From Bacteroidales bacterium (GTDB lineage Bacteria > Bacteroidota > Bacteroidia > Bacteroidales > UBA7960): DNA of 64,000 bases. Position numbers and translations under genes: made by a program. Below the pieces are notes generated by a model. The model saw only the letters and a program-made list of their open reading frames with translations, was not told the origin of the DNA and searched no databases. Of the stretch, positions 1 through 7,372 are shown in pieces (the first letter of the stretch is position 1; the number at the start of each line of letters is the position of its first letter). The stretch lies in NCBI GenBank assembly GCA_019429365.1, contig JAHYJD010000002.1:21347-85346 (forward strand), given 5' to 3'.

Positions 1-949
1 AACCTACCTGCGAAACGGCGTGATAACCCAGCAGTCGCTTATAATCATGTTGCGCCAGGGCCATCATTACAGCAATAATAATGGTAGAAACCCCGATAAC
101 AAGAACCGCCAATGTAATCCAATCGTTAATTATGAACATGCTGTTGAATAACCTGGCAAGGAAATAAATACCAAGCAGCTTGTCGAGCGAGGCCGGCATC
201 AAAGCCGATGAGCTTGCCGAAGCATGTGTGGCATAATCGGGTACCCAGGTATGGAAAGGGAATGCACCGGCCTTGGTAAATGCACCGATCAGCAGGCAAA
301 CAAAGGCAATGACAGTAATCAGGCTTGTGGTGGGCACACTCATGGCCGAAATCGACAAGGGGTATCCCAGCCGCCAGAGAATCGCCAACCCCAGGATCAT
401 GATGCCATCCGATGCCCCGATCAGGATAAAGGTTTTCTTTGCCGCAGCAGCGGTAACGCTGTTGTATCCTTTAATCAGTTTGTAAAGGGTAATGCCAAGT
501 ATGCCCCAGAAGAAGATAAAAAGCAGCATATGGTCGGCCAGAACCGCACCGTTTGAGCAACCCGCGGTGATCAGCACATAGGTAAAGAAACTCCTTGGTC
601 TGATTCGCGGGAGAAGGTATCCAATGGAATACACCGAAACAAGAAGCGTAAACAAGCCAACAAAAATGATAATCAGTTTAGCCAGGCTGTCAACATTCAG
701 CATGGTAAAACTCTCGGCTTGAACCAGCAAATCATGCATTTGACTACCCTCGGAGAAAAATTTTTGTCCAAGACCCAGGTTCATCATGCCACCGTCTGTA
801 AAATAGAGCCTGCAGGAGTAAAAAAGACTCACTGCAGCCACCAGTGAAGCAACGATTCCCTTTGCGGTAAAATATTTTCTCGGCACGGCATACAGGATAA
901 TTCCCACAATGACCGGCAAAAAAATGATTATGTATACCTCTCTCATCAT
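1..949 (-). CDS. Group-4 hydrogenase membrane subunit, NuoL/M/N (HycC/HyfB/EchA)-type antiporter-like protein; 3' end runs off the window
   Basis: Absent from the ORF track because there is no stop in the window. Checked by hand: ATG at 949 (4 nt after the large-subunit stop), no in-frame stop down to nt 2. Translation MMREVYIIIFLPVIVGIILYAVPRKYF... is polytopic, with FFWGILGITLYKLI and KRLLGYHAVSQVG motifs typical of Nuo/Mrp antiporter-like subunits. Confidence 0.75.
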   Translation of the reverse strand, partial: MMREVYIIIFLPVIVGIILYAVPRKYFTAKGIVASLVAAVSLFYSCRLYFTDGGMMNLGLGQKFFSEGSQMHDLLVQAESFTMLNVDSLAKLIIIFVGLFTLLVSVYSIGYLLPRIRPRSFFTYVLITAGCSNGAVLADHMLLFIFFWGILGITLYKLIKGYNSVTAAAAKKTFILIGASDGIMILGLAILWRLGYPLSISAMSVPTTSLITVIAFVCLLIGAFTKAGAFPFHTWVPDYATHASASSSALMPASLDKLLGIYFLARLFNSMFIINDWITLAVLVIGVSTIIIAVMMALAQHDYKRLLGYHAVSQVG

Positions 950-953
950 GATC

Positions 954-2162
954 TCAGGTATTTTTTCCAAACAGATTTTTTTTCAGGGTTTGAGTACGTT
1001 GCTGCGACAATTGAATGAGGCCGCGTCCATCGAGCACTCGTTGACGGGTGCGAGAATCATATACATGGGCCATACGTTCGGTGCAACAATAGCAAGGGTC
1101 CACCGCAGCCAACGCCAGGGTGGCGTCGGAGATGGTTTGGCCCACGCATGATTTTTTAAAGGTGGCTACATTCACATAGCTGGGGGCCCTAATCTTATGC
1201 CTTACAGGCGAGTTGGAGCCATCAGTGATCACATAATGAAAAACTTCGCCCCTCGGAGCTTCGGCCCTGCCGGCACCATTGCCCTCTGGTATATTTTTTA
1301 CCTTCACATCAATCTGACCCGGGGGGTCTTTGCGGAGTTTTTCTACGCACTGTTCAATAATGCTTATTGACTCAAAAATTTCGAGAAACCTGACCACGGC
1401 CTTGGCAAACACATCGCCTTCCTGCGTTACAATAACTTTCCAGTTAACAAGCGGGTATGCTGCATAGGGGTCGTCGCGCCTTATATCCACATCAACTCCT
1501 GAGGCGCGAGCAGTGGGCCCAACCGCGCAGTAATCAAGAATGTCTTGTTTGGTCAGGATGCCGATGCCTTTGGTGCGCATGTGTATGACCGGATCGTCAA
1601 TTACAGCCTTCATGAGCATCTCAGCCTTGGGCTTCACCCCGTCAAGAATCTTAAGAATCTTTGAATAGTCCTTCTCATCAATATCCCTTCTCACCCCGCC
1701 TATCTTGAACATGGCGTAGCTATTGCGGTTGCCGGTTATGATCTCAAAAAGGTCGAGTATTGGCTCACGGTATTTCCAGGCCCACATAAAAACCGTGTTG
1801 TAACCGATAAAGTGGCCTGCCAGACCCACCCACAAAAGGTGGCTGTGAATCCTTTCAAGCTCGGCAATAATGGTTCTGATGTACTTTGCCCGGTCGGGAA
1901 CTTTAACTTGGGCAATCTCTTCCATGGCATTTGCAAAGGCAAAGGGATGCGAAGTGCTGCAAATGCCACAGATCCGCTCAACCACAAAAAAGACCTGTTC
2001 AAATGTCTTTGATTCGTTGATCTTTTCAATACCCCGGTGGTTGTAACCAGTCTCCCATTCAATGTCAGTAACTATTTCGCCATCGCAAAACAATTTGAAT
2101 AGCTCAGGTTCTTCCTGAAGTGGGTGATAAGGGCCAACCGGTATGATTGTTTTTTGTTTCAT
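954..2162 (-). CDS. [NiFe]-hydrogenase large (catalytic) subunit, group 4 / NuoD-like
   Basis: 402 aa. N-terminal Ni-ligand motif RICGICSTSH and C-terminal DPCYCCTER motif are both intact. Short NuoD-like length and membrane-subunit neighbours are typical of Ech/Hyc/Mbh-type enzymes. Confidence 0.9.
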   Translation of the reverse strand: MKQKTIIPVGPYHPLQEEPELFKLFCDGEIVTDIEWETGYNHRGIEKINESKTFEQVFFVVERICGICSTSHPFAFANAMEEIAQVKVPDRAKYIRTIIAELERIHSHLLWVGLAGHFIGYNTVFMWAWKYREPILDLFEIITGNRNSYAMFKIGGVRRDIDEKDYSKILKILDGVKPKAEMLMKAVIDDPVIHMRTKGIGILTKQDILDYCAVGPTARASGVDVDIRRDDPYAAYPLVNWKVIVTQEGDVFAKAVVRFLEIFESISIIEQCVEKLRKDPPGQIDVKVKNIPEGNGAGRAEAPRGEVFHYVITDGSNSPVRHKIRAPSYVNVATFKKSCVGQTISDATLALAAVDPCYCCTERMAHVYDSRTRQRVLDGRGLIQLSQQRTQTLKKNLFGKNT

Positions 2163-2212
2163 GCAGATTTGCTGGTTAAAAGTATTTGTAATACTCTGCT
2201 TAGTATAAACGC

Positions 2213-2653
2213 TTACTCGCTAACAGGCTTCCTGTATGGATATTCTCCAGCGCCCCAGTTATCGCCAGAAAGCAAACTTCTCATATTGGGGTGATTCAGG
2301 AAGTTGATACCAAGCAATTCATGAATTTCGCGCTCAATCCAGTCGGCTGCCACAAACAGTGGGGTAAGCGACTCCACCTCTGGTTTCTTTTTGGGGATGC
2401 TCACCCTGATGTTTGCCAAAAGCCCGGTTTTGTCATTGCTGAAATGATAGGTAATTTCAAAAGCTTTTACGTTGTCCAGGCCGGTGGCAATAATAAAGCG
2501 GAAATTCAGCTCCTTGTAAAGGAAGGTAGCCACCTTGAGCAGGGCGTCTTTTTCAATGTCGATCAGCACCCTGTTCCTATACCTTAAAAAGGCACGTTGC
2601 ACATTGTGCTTGAACTTAAACTTCATAAAATCGATGAACTCCTGGGTATCCAT
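2213..2653 (-). CDS. NuoC/30-kDa-like hydrogenase subunit (EchD-like position)
   Basis: 146 aa soluble protein between the NuoB-like and NuoD-like genes, which is the position and size of the NuoC-type subunit in group-4 hydrogenases. Family call is by context and general resemblance only. Confidence 0.65.
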   Translation of the reverse strand: MDTQEFIDFMKFKFKHNVQRAFLRYRNRVLIDIEKDALLKVATFLYKELNFRFIIATGLDNVKAFEITYHFSNDKTGLLANIRVSIPKKKPEVESLTPLFVAADWIEREIHELLGINFLNHPNMRSLLSGDNWGAGEYPYRKPVSE

Positions 2654-2664
2654 AGGATGTACTG

Positions 2665-3078
2665 TTACGATTTATTAAGAAAATTGACGATACCAGCCAG
2701 GATGGCCTCGGGCTTGGGCGGGCAGCCAGGAATGTACACATCAACAGGAATGATCTTATCGACCGGGCCTGCAAAAGTATTTCCTTCGGCAAAAACGCCA
2801 CCGGTGATGCCGCAGGCCCCAATGGCCACCACCACCAAAGGCTTGGGCGCCTGGTGATAAACTTCGAGCAGTCGCGATTTGCATTTCTTGTTAATGGAGC
2901 CGGCAACCAGCAATACATCTGCATGCCGAACGCTGCCAATAAGCAGCATTCCGAAGCGCTCCACATCGTATCGGGGCGTAAGGCAGTCAAGCACCTCAAT
3001 GTCGCAGTTGTTGCACGATGCACCTGCAAAGTGGTATAGCCACAACGACTTCTTAAAGCAATAACTTTTTATTCCCAC
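2665..3078 (-). CDS. NuoB-like [4Fe-4S] hydrogenase small subunit (EchC/HycG/MbhJ type)
   Basis: 137 aa, GTG start. Cluster-ligand motifs ASCNNCDIE, AIGACGITGG and IPGCPPKPE match the NuoB/HycG pattern. Confidence 0.9.
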   Translation of the reverse strand: MGIKSYCFKKSLWLYHFAGASCNNCDIEVLDCLTPRYDVERFGMLLIGSVRHADVLLVAGSINKKCKSRLLEVYHQAPKPLVVVAIGACGITGGVFAEGNTFAGPVDKIIPVDVYIPGCPPKPEAILAGIVNFLNKS

Positions 3079-3090
3079 AGCAAAAAAGGT

Positions 3091-4020
3091 TTAATAACCA
3101 AAATATGCCAGCACAATTGCAATAATGGCAAACAGGTTCATCCAAATAAAGAAGAACCGCATGGATTGCCCAATAGTAAGCCTGGGATTGGTATTTCTGA
3201 CCAGTGTAATCAGCAGCACCACGCCCAAAAGCTTCAGTACAGACCAAAGAATATGAATCCCTTCAAACCTGAATCCGCCCAACAGGATAACCACCACGAA
3301 CGATGGCAAAACGAGCAGCATGATGTATTTTGCAAGTTTAACCATGGCCAGGGTAAAGCCTGAGAACTCAAGGAAAATGCCCCCGGCAATCTCGGTTTCG
3401 GCATCGGCAATATCGAAGGGTACAAATGCAAGCTTTGCCTGCACGCACATCATGGACACAATAAAAAGAAGCATGCCTGAGATGCTGCCAATAAAAGCCC
3501 CCTGTTGCTGCTGAACCGCAATGATCTCATTAAGACTGATGGTATTCCCAGCTTTAAGAATAATGGCTGCCAGCACCAGCAGCAGGCTGAGTTCGTAGCC
3601 AATGATCAGTTTCATTTCGCGCGAAGCGCCCAGGTTGGCTATGGGATTTCCACTGGCAAGGGCACCGATGATATATGCCAGCGAAGGCACCATAAGCAGG
3701 TAAAACACAACGACCAGATCGCCTCTAAAACCTGAACTGATTCCGAAGCCTGGCAGCAGGATAAACACGCTCGACAGGCAAGCTCCGGCAACAGCAAGAA
3801 TAGGCGCAAGCAAGAAAACCGTTTTGGCTGCATTGGATGGGATGATGGTTTCCTTGGCCATCAGCTTAACAAAGTCGTAGAATGGCTGAAGCAGCGGCGG
3901 GCCAACCCTGAACTGCACCCTGGCAGTGATTTTCCGGTCGAACCAGCTCAATAAACCACCTCCGACCCCCGCAAACAAAAGGCCCGGAAAGATCAGAAAA
4001 TAAAAAATGTGTCCGGCCAT
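3091..4020 (-). CDS. NuoH/HycD/EchB-like integral membrane subunit
   Basis: 309 aa, about 8 TM segments. LQPFYDFVKLMAKE resembles the conserved NuoH-family QPxxDxxKLxxKE loop. Confidence 0.85.
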   Translation of the reverse strand: MAGHIFYFLIFPGLLFAGVGGGLLSWFDRKITARVQFRVGPPLLQPFYDFVKLMAKETIIPSNAAKTVFLLAPILAVAGACLSSVFILLPGFGISSGFRGDLVVVFYLLMVPSLAYIIGALASGNPIANLGASREMKLIIGYELSLLLVLAAIILKAGNTISLNEIIAVQQQQGAFIGSISGMLLFIVSMMCVQAKLAFVPFDIADAETEIAGGIFLEFSGFTLAMVKLAKYIMLLVLPSFVVVILLGGFRFEGIHILWSVLKLLGVVLLITLVRNTNPRLTIGQSMRFFFIWMNLFAIIAIVLAYFGY

Positions 4021-4025
4021 GGCTA

Positions 4026-4511
4026 CTAGATTTCTTTGATTTTTTCCCAGGCGTATTCTTTCACAAGCACATGCTTATTCAGCTCAAAAACATAAGACGC
4101 TTCATCGGGTTCCTGCTCAGTAAATGAGAGGGCGCCGTAAGGGCAGGTATCGATACACTTAAGGCTAAGGGTAAGCTCATCGAATTTGCAATAATCGCAA
4201 ATGGATTTCCTGACCTCAAAAAAATGATTCATAAGGGTTCCGAATGGGCAGGCTGCAATGCACGATTTGCATGAAACGCAAAGGTTCACCGCCCGCTCAA
4301 CAATTCCTTCACTCGTGCGCTCAAGGGCTTCAGCGGGGCACACCTCAATGCAGGGAGCGTCTTCACAACGGCGGCAGGTGAAGTTGAAAACCGCCATTTC
4401 GTGCAAACCTACCATACCATTATTTTTGGGATGGTGCAAATAAGCGCACTCCACAATGCATTTGTCGCACTCGCGGCATTTCATTAAATCAATAAGGATC
4501 CGTTTACTCAT
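4026..4511 (-). CDS. Poly-[4Fe-4S] ferredoxin-type subunit (HycB-like)
   Basis: 161 aa with several Cys clusters (CRECDKCIVEC, CRRCEDAPCIEVCP, CVSCKSCIAACP, CDYC...CIDTCP). Confidence 0.8.
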   Translation of the reverse strand: MSKRILIDLMKCRECDKCIVECAYLHHPKNNGMVGLHEMAVFNFTCRRCEDAPCIEVCPAEALERTSEGIVERAVNLCVSCKSCIAACPFGTLMNHFFEVRKSICDYCKFDELTLSLKCIDTCPYGALSFTEQEPDEASYVFELNKHVLVKEYAWEKIKEI

Positions 4512-4551
4512 TTTGCTATTCCTTTATTGATATTGATTCATTATTAAATCA

Positions 4552-5376
4552 TTACCAGATGTGGGGCTGGTCTTTGATCTCATCATAAGTAAACACCGGG
4601 CCATCGCGGCAAACGAAATAGCCTCCCAGCATGCATCGACCGCATTTTCCCAGTCCGCACGACATGTTTTTCTCCATTGAGAGATAAATGAGGTTTTCGG
4701 GAAACCCCATTTCGAGCAGTTTAAAGGTTCCGTATTTCATCATTATGGGAGGGCCACAAACCACAGCCACTGCATTGGGCAAATCCACTTCCACATGATC
4801 GAGCAATACGGTAGCCACCCCAACATGTTCTTCCCAGTATGGATCGGTAAAGTCAACCGTTCGCAGTGTTGAGAACTTTTCAATCTTGTTCAATTCGCTG
4901 AATAAGGGCTTGTAAATGCAATCCTCAGGGGTTTTTGAACCGTAGCACAGGGTTACCTTCCTCAGCTTGTCTTTCATGTCGATAAGCATATACAGCAACG
5001 AGCGGATGGGAGCAAGGCCGCAACCCCCGCTGAGGATCAAAATCTCTTTGTCCACAAATTCTTCAATCGGATAGCCCCTGCCATATGGACCCCTGACGCC
5101 CAAAACAGCGCCAGGCTCAAGTTTGTGCATCTTTTCAGTTACATAGCCTGCCTTCATAATGGTAACATCAAAGCGCTCAGTAACCAATGGCGAAGAAGAA
5201 GGGGTAAAAGGTGCTTCACCAATGCCATCAAGAGTAAGCTCAATAAACTCTCCGGTCTTAAAACTGAATTCCCTTTCGGGAACAAAGACAAAAGTTTTGA
5301 TTAGGGGCGACTCTTCAATTACTTTTTCGAGCGTGACCTTAAAAGGTTTGTATATATTTTCGCTTTTTGTACCCAC
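4552..5376 (-). CDS. FAD/NAD(P)-binding oxidoreductase with C-terminal [2Fe-2S] site (AsrB / PyrK / sulfhydrogenase gamma-like)
   Basis: 274 aa, GTG start. Ferredoxin-reductase-type layout (LILSGGCGLAPIRS nucleotide-binding segment) plus CGLGKCGRC...C motif near the C-terminus. Confidence 0.8.
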   Translation of the reverse strand: MGTKSENIYKPFKVTLEKVIEESPLIKTFVFVPEREFSFKTGEFIELTLDGIGEAPFTPSSSPLVTERFDVTIMKAGYVTEKMHKLEPGAVLGVRGPYGRGYPIEEFVDKEILILSGGCGLAPIRSLLYMLIDMKDKLRKVTLCYGSKTPEDCIYKPLFSELNKIEKFSTLRTVDFTDPYWEEHVGVATVLLDHVEVDLPNAVAVVCGPPIMMKYGTFKLLEMGFPENLIYLSMEKNMSCGLGKCGRCMLGGYFVCRDGPVFTYDEIKDQPHIW

Positions 5377-5382
5377 TATCTT

Positions 5383-6384
5383 TTATTTTGTAAGTTCAAC
5401 CAGCAATTCGTTTTTATTGATCTTGGCAATGCACGCCTCTATGCAACGTCCGCAGCCTGTGCAGGCAATGGCATCAAATTTCTCGGGCCGGTAAAGGTAT
5501 TTGCACATGTACCGGTTTTTAAACCGGTATTCAAGTTCTTTCAGTGGGTCCTCCCCTCCTGCGGTCCGTTCAAATCCAGGATATTGACAGGCATCAAGTT
5601 GTCGAACCTTCTCAAAGCCGGGCCTGTCGATAAGCAGGAAACAGGTACAGGTAGGGCAAATGGTGGCACAGGCACCGCATGAAACGCATGCTTTGGCATA
5701 CTTTTCCCAAATGGCCCTGTCAGAATTGATTACCGCATCAGTGGTTTCCTGGTAGTTCGGAAGAAGCCTGTTGGCTTTTTCCAGTTCCCTTTTCACATTC
5801 AACCTGATTTCTGATAAACCGACCGGGAGCTCATCAAAAGTGGGTACATCAGATTCAATATCAAGAATCCTGACCATCAGCGCCTCTCCTTTCGGGGAAA
5901 AAGCCGAAATGATGGCATGGCCATTGAGCATGCTGATAGAAATATCCTGATTGTTCTCAGGATATGGATTCAGGCCATAACTGGTGCAATGACAATGCTT
6001 GTTTGTTGAATGGCAATCGGACCCGATCAGCACGGAATTCTTTCGCCGTTTTTCGTAATAATGATCATGGTATTCTTCTGCCATATAAAATTTATCAAGC
6101 AGATCAATGGCCGAAAGATCACAGGCCGGCACACCAAGGATAATGACCGGTTTTTCGGCTTCCGGTTCAACTACCACGTTTTCCTTAACGGGAAGAAAAA
6201 AAGTTTTTAGCGGAACAACAGGTTTGGGCGTGTTGTAAACAATTTGGGGAATATGCTCCTCCTTAATCAGTTCGTAGTCAAGGGTTTTCCCTTTTAAAAT
6301 AGGGGCAAATACCCTGAAGGAACCTAAAAGGCTTGTCAACGCCTTATCCCAGGCAGTTTTTTCAAGCTGATAATAACTGGCCAT
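5383..6384 (-). CDS. 4Fe-4S dicluster protein (AsrA / sulfhydrogenase beta-like)
   Basis: 333 aa. CVSCGACATICPTCTC and CTGCGRCIEAC ferredoxin-type motifs. Lies 6 nt upstream of the AsrB-like gene. Confidence 0.75.
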   Translation of the reverse strand: MASYYQLEKTAWDKALTSLLGSFRVFAPILKGKTLDYELIKEEHIPQIVYNTPKPVVPLKTFFLPVKENVVVEPEAEKPVIILGVPACDLSAIDLLDKFYMAEEYHDHYYEKRRKNSVLIGSDCHSTNKHCHCTSYGLNPYPENNQDISISMLNGHAIISAFSPKGEALMVRILDIESDVPTFDELPVGLSEIRLNVKRELEKANRLLPNYQETTDAVINSDRAIWEKYAKACVSCGACATICPTCTCFLLIDRPGFEKVRQLDACQYPGFERTAGGEDPLKELEYRFKNRYMCKYLYRPEKFDAIACTGCGRCIEACIAKINKNELLVELTK

Positions 6385-6455
6385 ACAAACGTTTTTGGAT
6401 GGGAAATGAAAACGATTGTTGGCGCAATGTTAAAATTTAATAAGAAGGGGGGCAA

Positions 6456-6467
6456 TGACCTGAGTCA
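6456..6467. promoter_or_regulatory. Candidate Crp/Fnr-type operator TGAC-N4-GTCA upstream of the hydrogenase operon
   Basis: Perfect inverted repeat TGACctgaGTCA, about 72-83 nt upstream of the ATG at 6384, in the 102-nt gap after the Crp/Fnr gene. Confidence 0.3.
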
Positions 6468-6486
6468 GAAAAAAAACTGATTTTTG

Positions 6487-7194
6487 TCATGCATAATAGG
6501 CCTTGCCAATCTTCAGCAATTCCTTTTTGTTCAAGACTTTGATCTTCCTTCCGCGAATTTCTACCAGTTCATCATGCTTAAACTCCGAAAGCAGCCTGAT
6601 CACCGTCTCAGTAGCGGTTCCCACAAGGTTTGCGAGGTCTTCGCGCGAAAGGCTAATGATTCCCCCATCGTTGCATTTCTCGCTCTTGAAGGCTTCATCG
6701 AGCGAAAGTAAGGTTTCTGCCAGCCGCTCGCGAACTGATTTCTGGGCCAGGGAGGTGATCTTGTTCTCAGCACCATCGAGTAGCTGACTGAGCAGGATCA
6801 TGATCCTTTGCGAAATTTCTGGGTATTTTATGGTGAGTTGAAAAAACTTTCGCTTGCTGATAAAACAACACACTGAATCGTCGAGTGCGGTAGCTGAAGC
6901 TGAGTAAGGCCTTCCTGAAACCACTGATCGCAAACCCATTACTTCGCCCGGCAAAACAACCCTGATGATCTGCTCCTTGCCTTCAGGGCCAAGCTTAAAG
7001 ATTTTGATCTTTCCCTGGTTCACGCAATAAATGCCCAGCGCTCCTTTACCTTCGTAAAAGATCATTTGCCCTTTGCGGTAAAAATAACAGGTCTTCTTCA
7101 GGCTAAGATCGAGCATGTCACATGCGTCAATGCCCCGAAAAATGGATTTCCTGTGAACCGGGCACTCGTCGCAATTGACATTCAGGATTGGCAT
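6487..7194 (-). CDS. Crp/Fnr-family transcriptional regulator
   Basis: 235 aa. cNMP-binding-like beta-barrel region plus C-terminal HTH (REDLANLVGTATETVIRLLSEF). N-terminal Cys8-x2-Cys11-x13-Cys25 and Cys109/Cys110. Confidence 0.85.
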   Translation of the reverse strand: MPILNVNCDECPVHRKSIFRGIDACDMLDLSLKKTCYFYRKGQMIFYEGKGALGIYCVNQGKIKIFKLGPEGKEQIIRVVLPGEVMGLRSVVSGRPYSASATALDDSVCCFISKRKFFQLTIKYPEISQRIMILLSQLLDGAENKITSLAQKSVRERLAETLLSLDEAFKSEKCNDGGIISLSREDLANLVGTATETVIRLLSEFKHDELVEIRGRKIKVLNKKELLKIGKAYYA

Positions 7195-7303
7195 AACGAA
7201 CAGTTAAGGCTGAGTAACAAGAATCAAAACCTTAGAGTGTTGCAATTTAATAAACTTTTGTTTAAAATACCCGGTAAAGCAATAAAAAAAATGGCAGTAA
7301 TTA

Positions 7304-7319
7304 TATGATTAATATCATA
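7304..7319. promoter_or_regulatory. FNR-box-like palindrome TATGAT-N4-ATCATA in the crp/fnr-hypF divergent region
   Basis: Perfect 6-bp half-sites with a 4-bp spacer. The core TGAT-N4-ATCA equals the core of the FNR consensus TTGAT-N4-ATCAA. Sits 54-69 nt upstream of the hypF ATG (7373). Confidence 0.4.
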
Positions 7320-7372
7320 CTTTGCTTTCACGGCAGGTTGTACTTTTGGTTGGGTTAAACTATTTTCTTCCC

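Noticed and set aside
224-556. ORFs 224-556 (+) and 273-485 (+) at the left edge.
   Set aside because: They are antisense to the hand-verified open frame (2-949, minus strand) that encodes the antiporter-like hydrogenase subunit.
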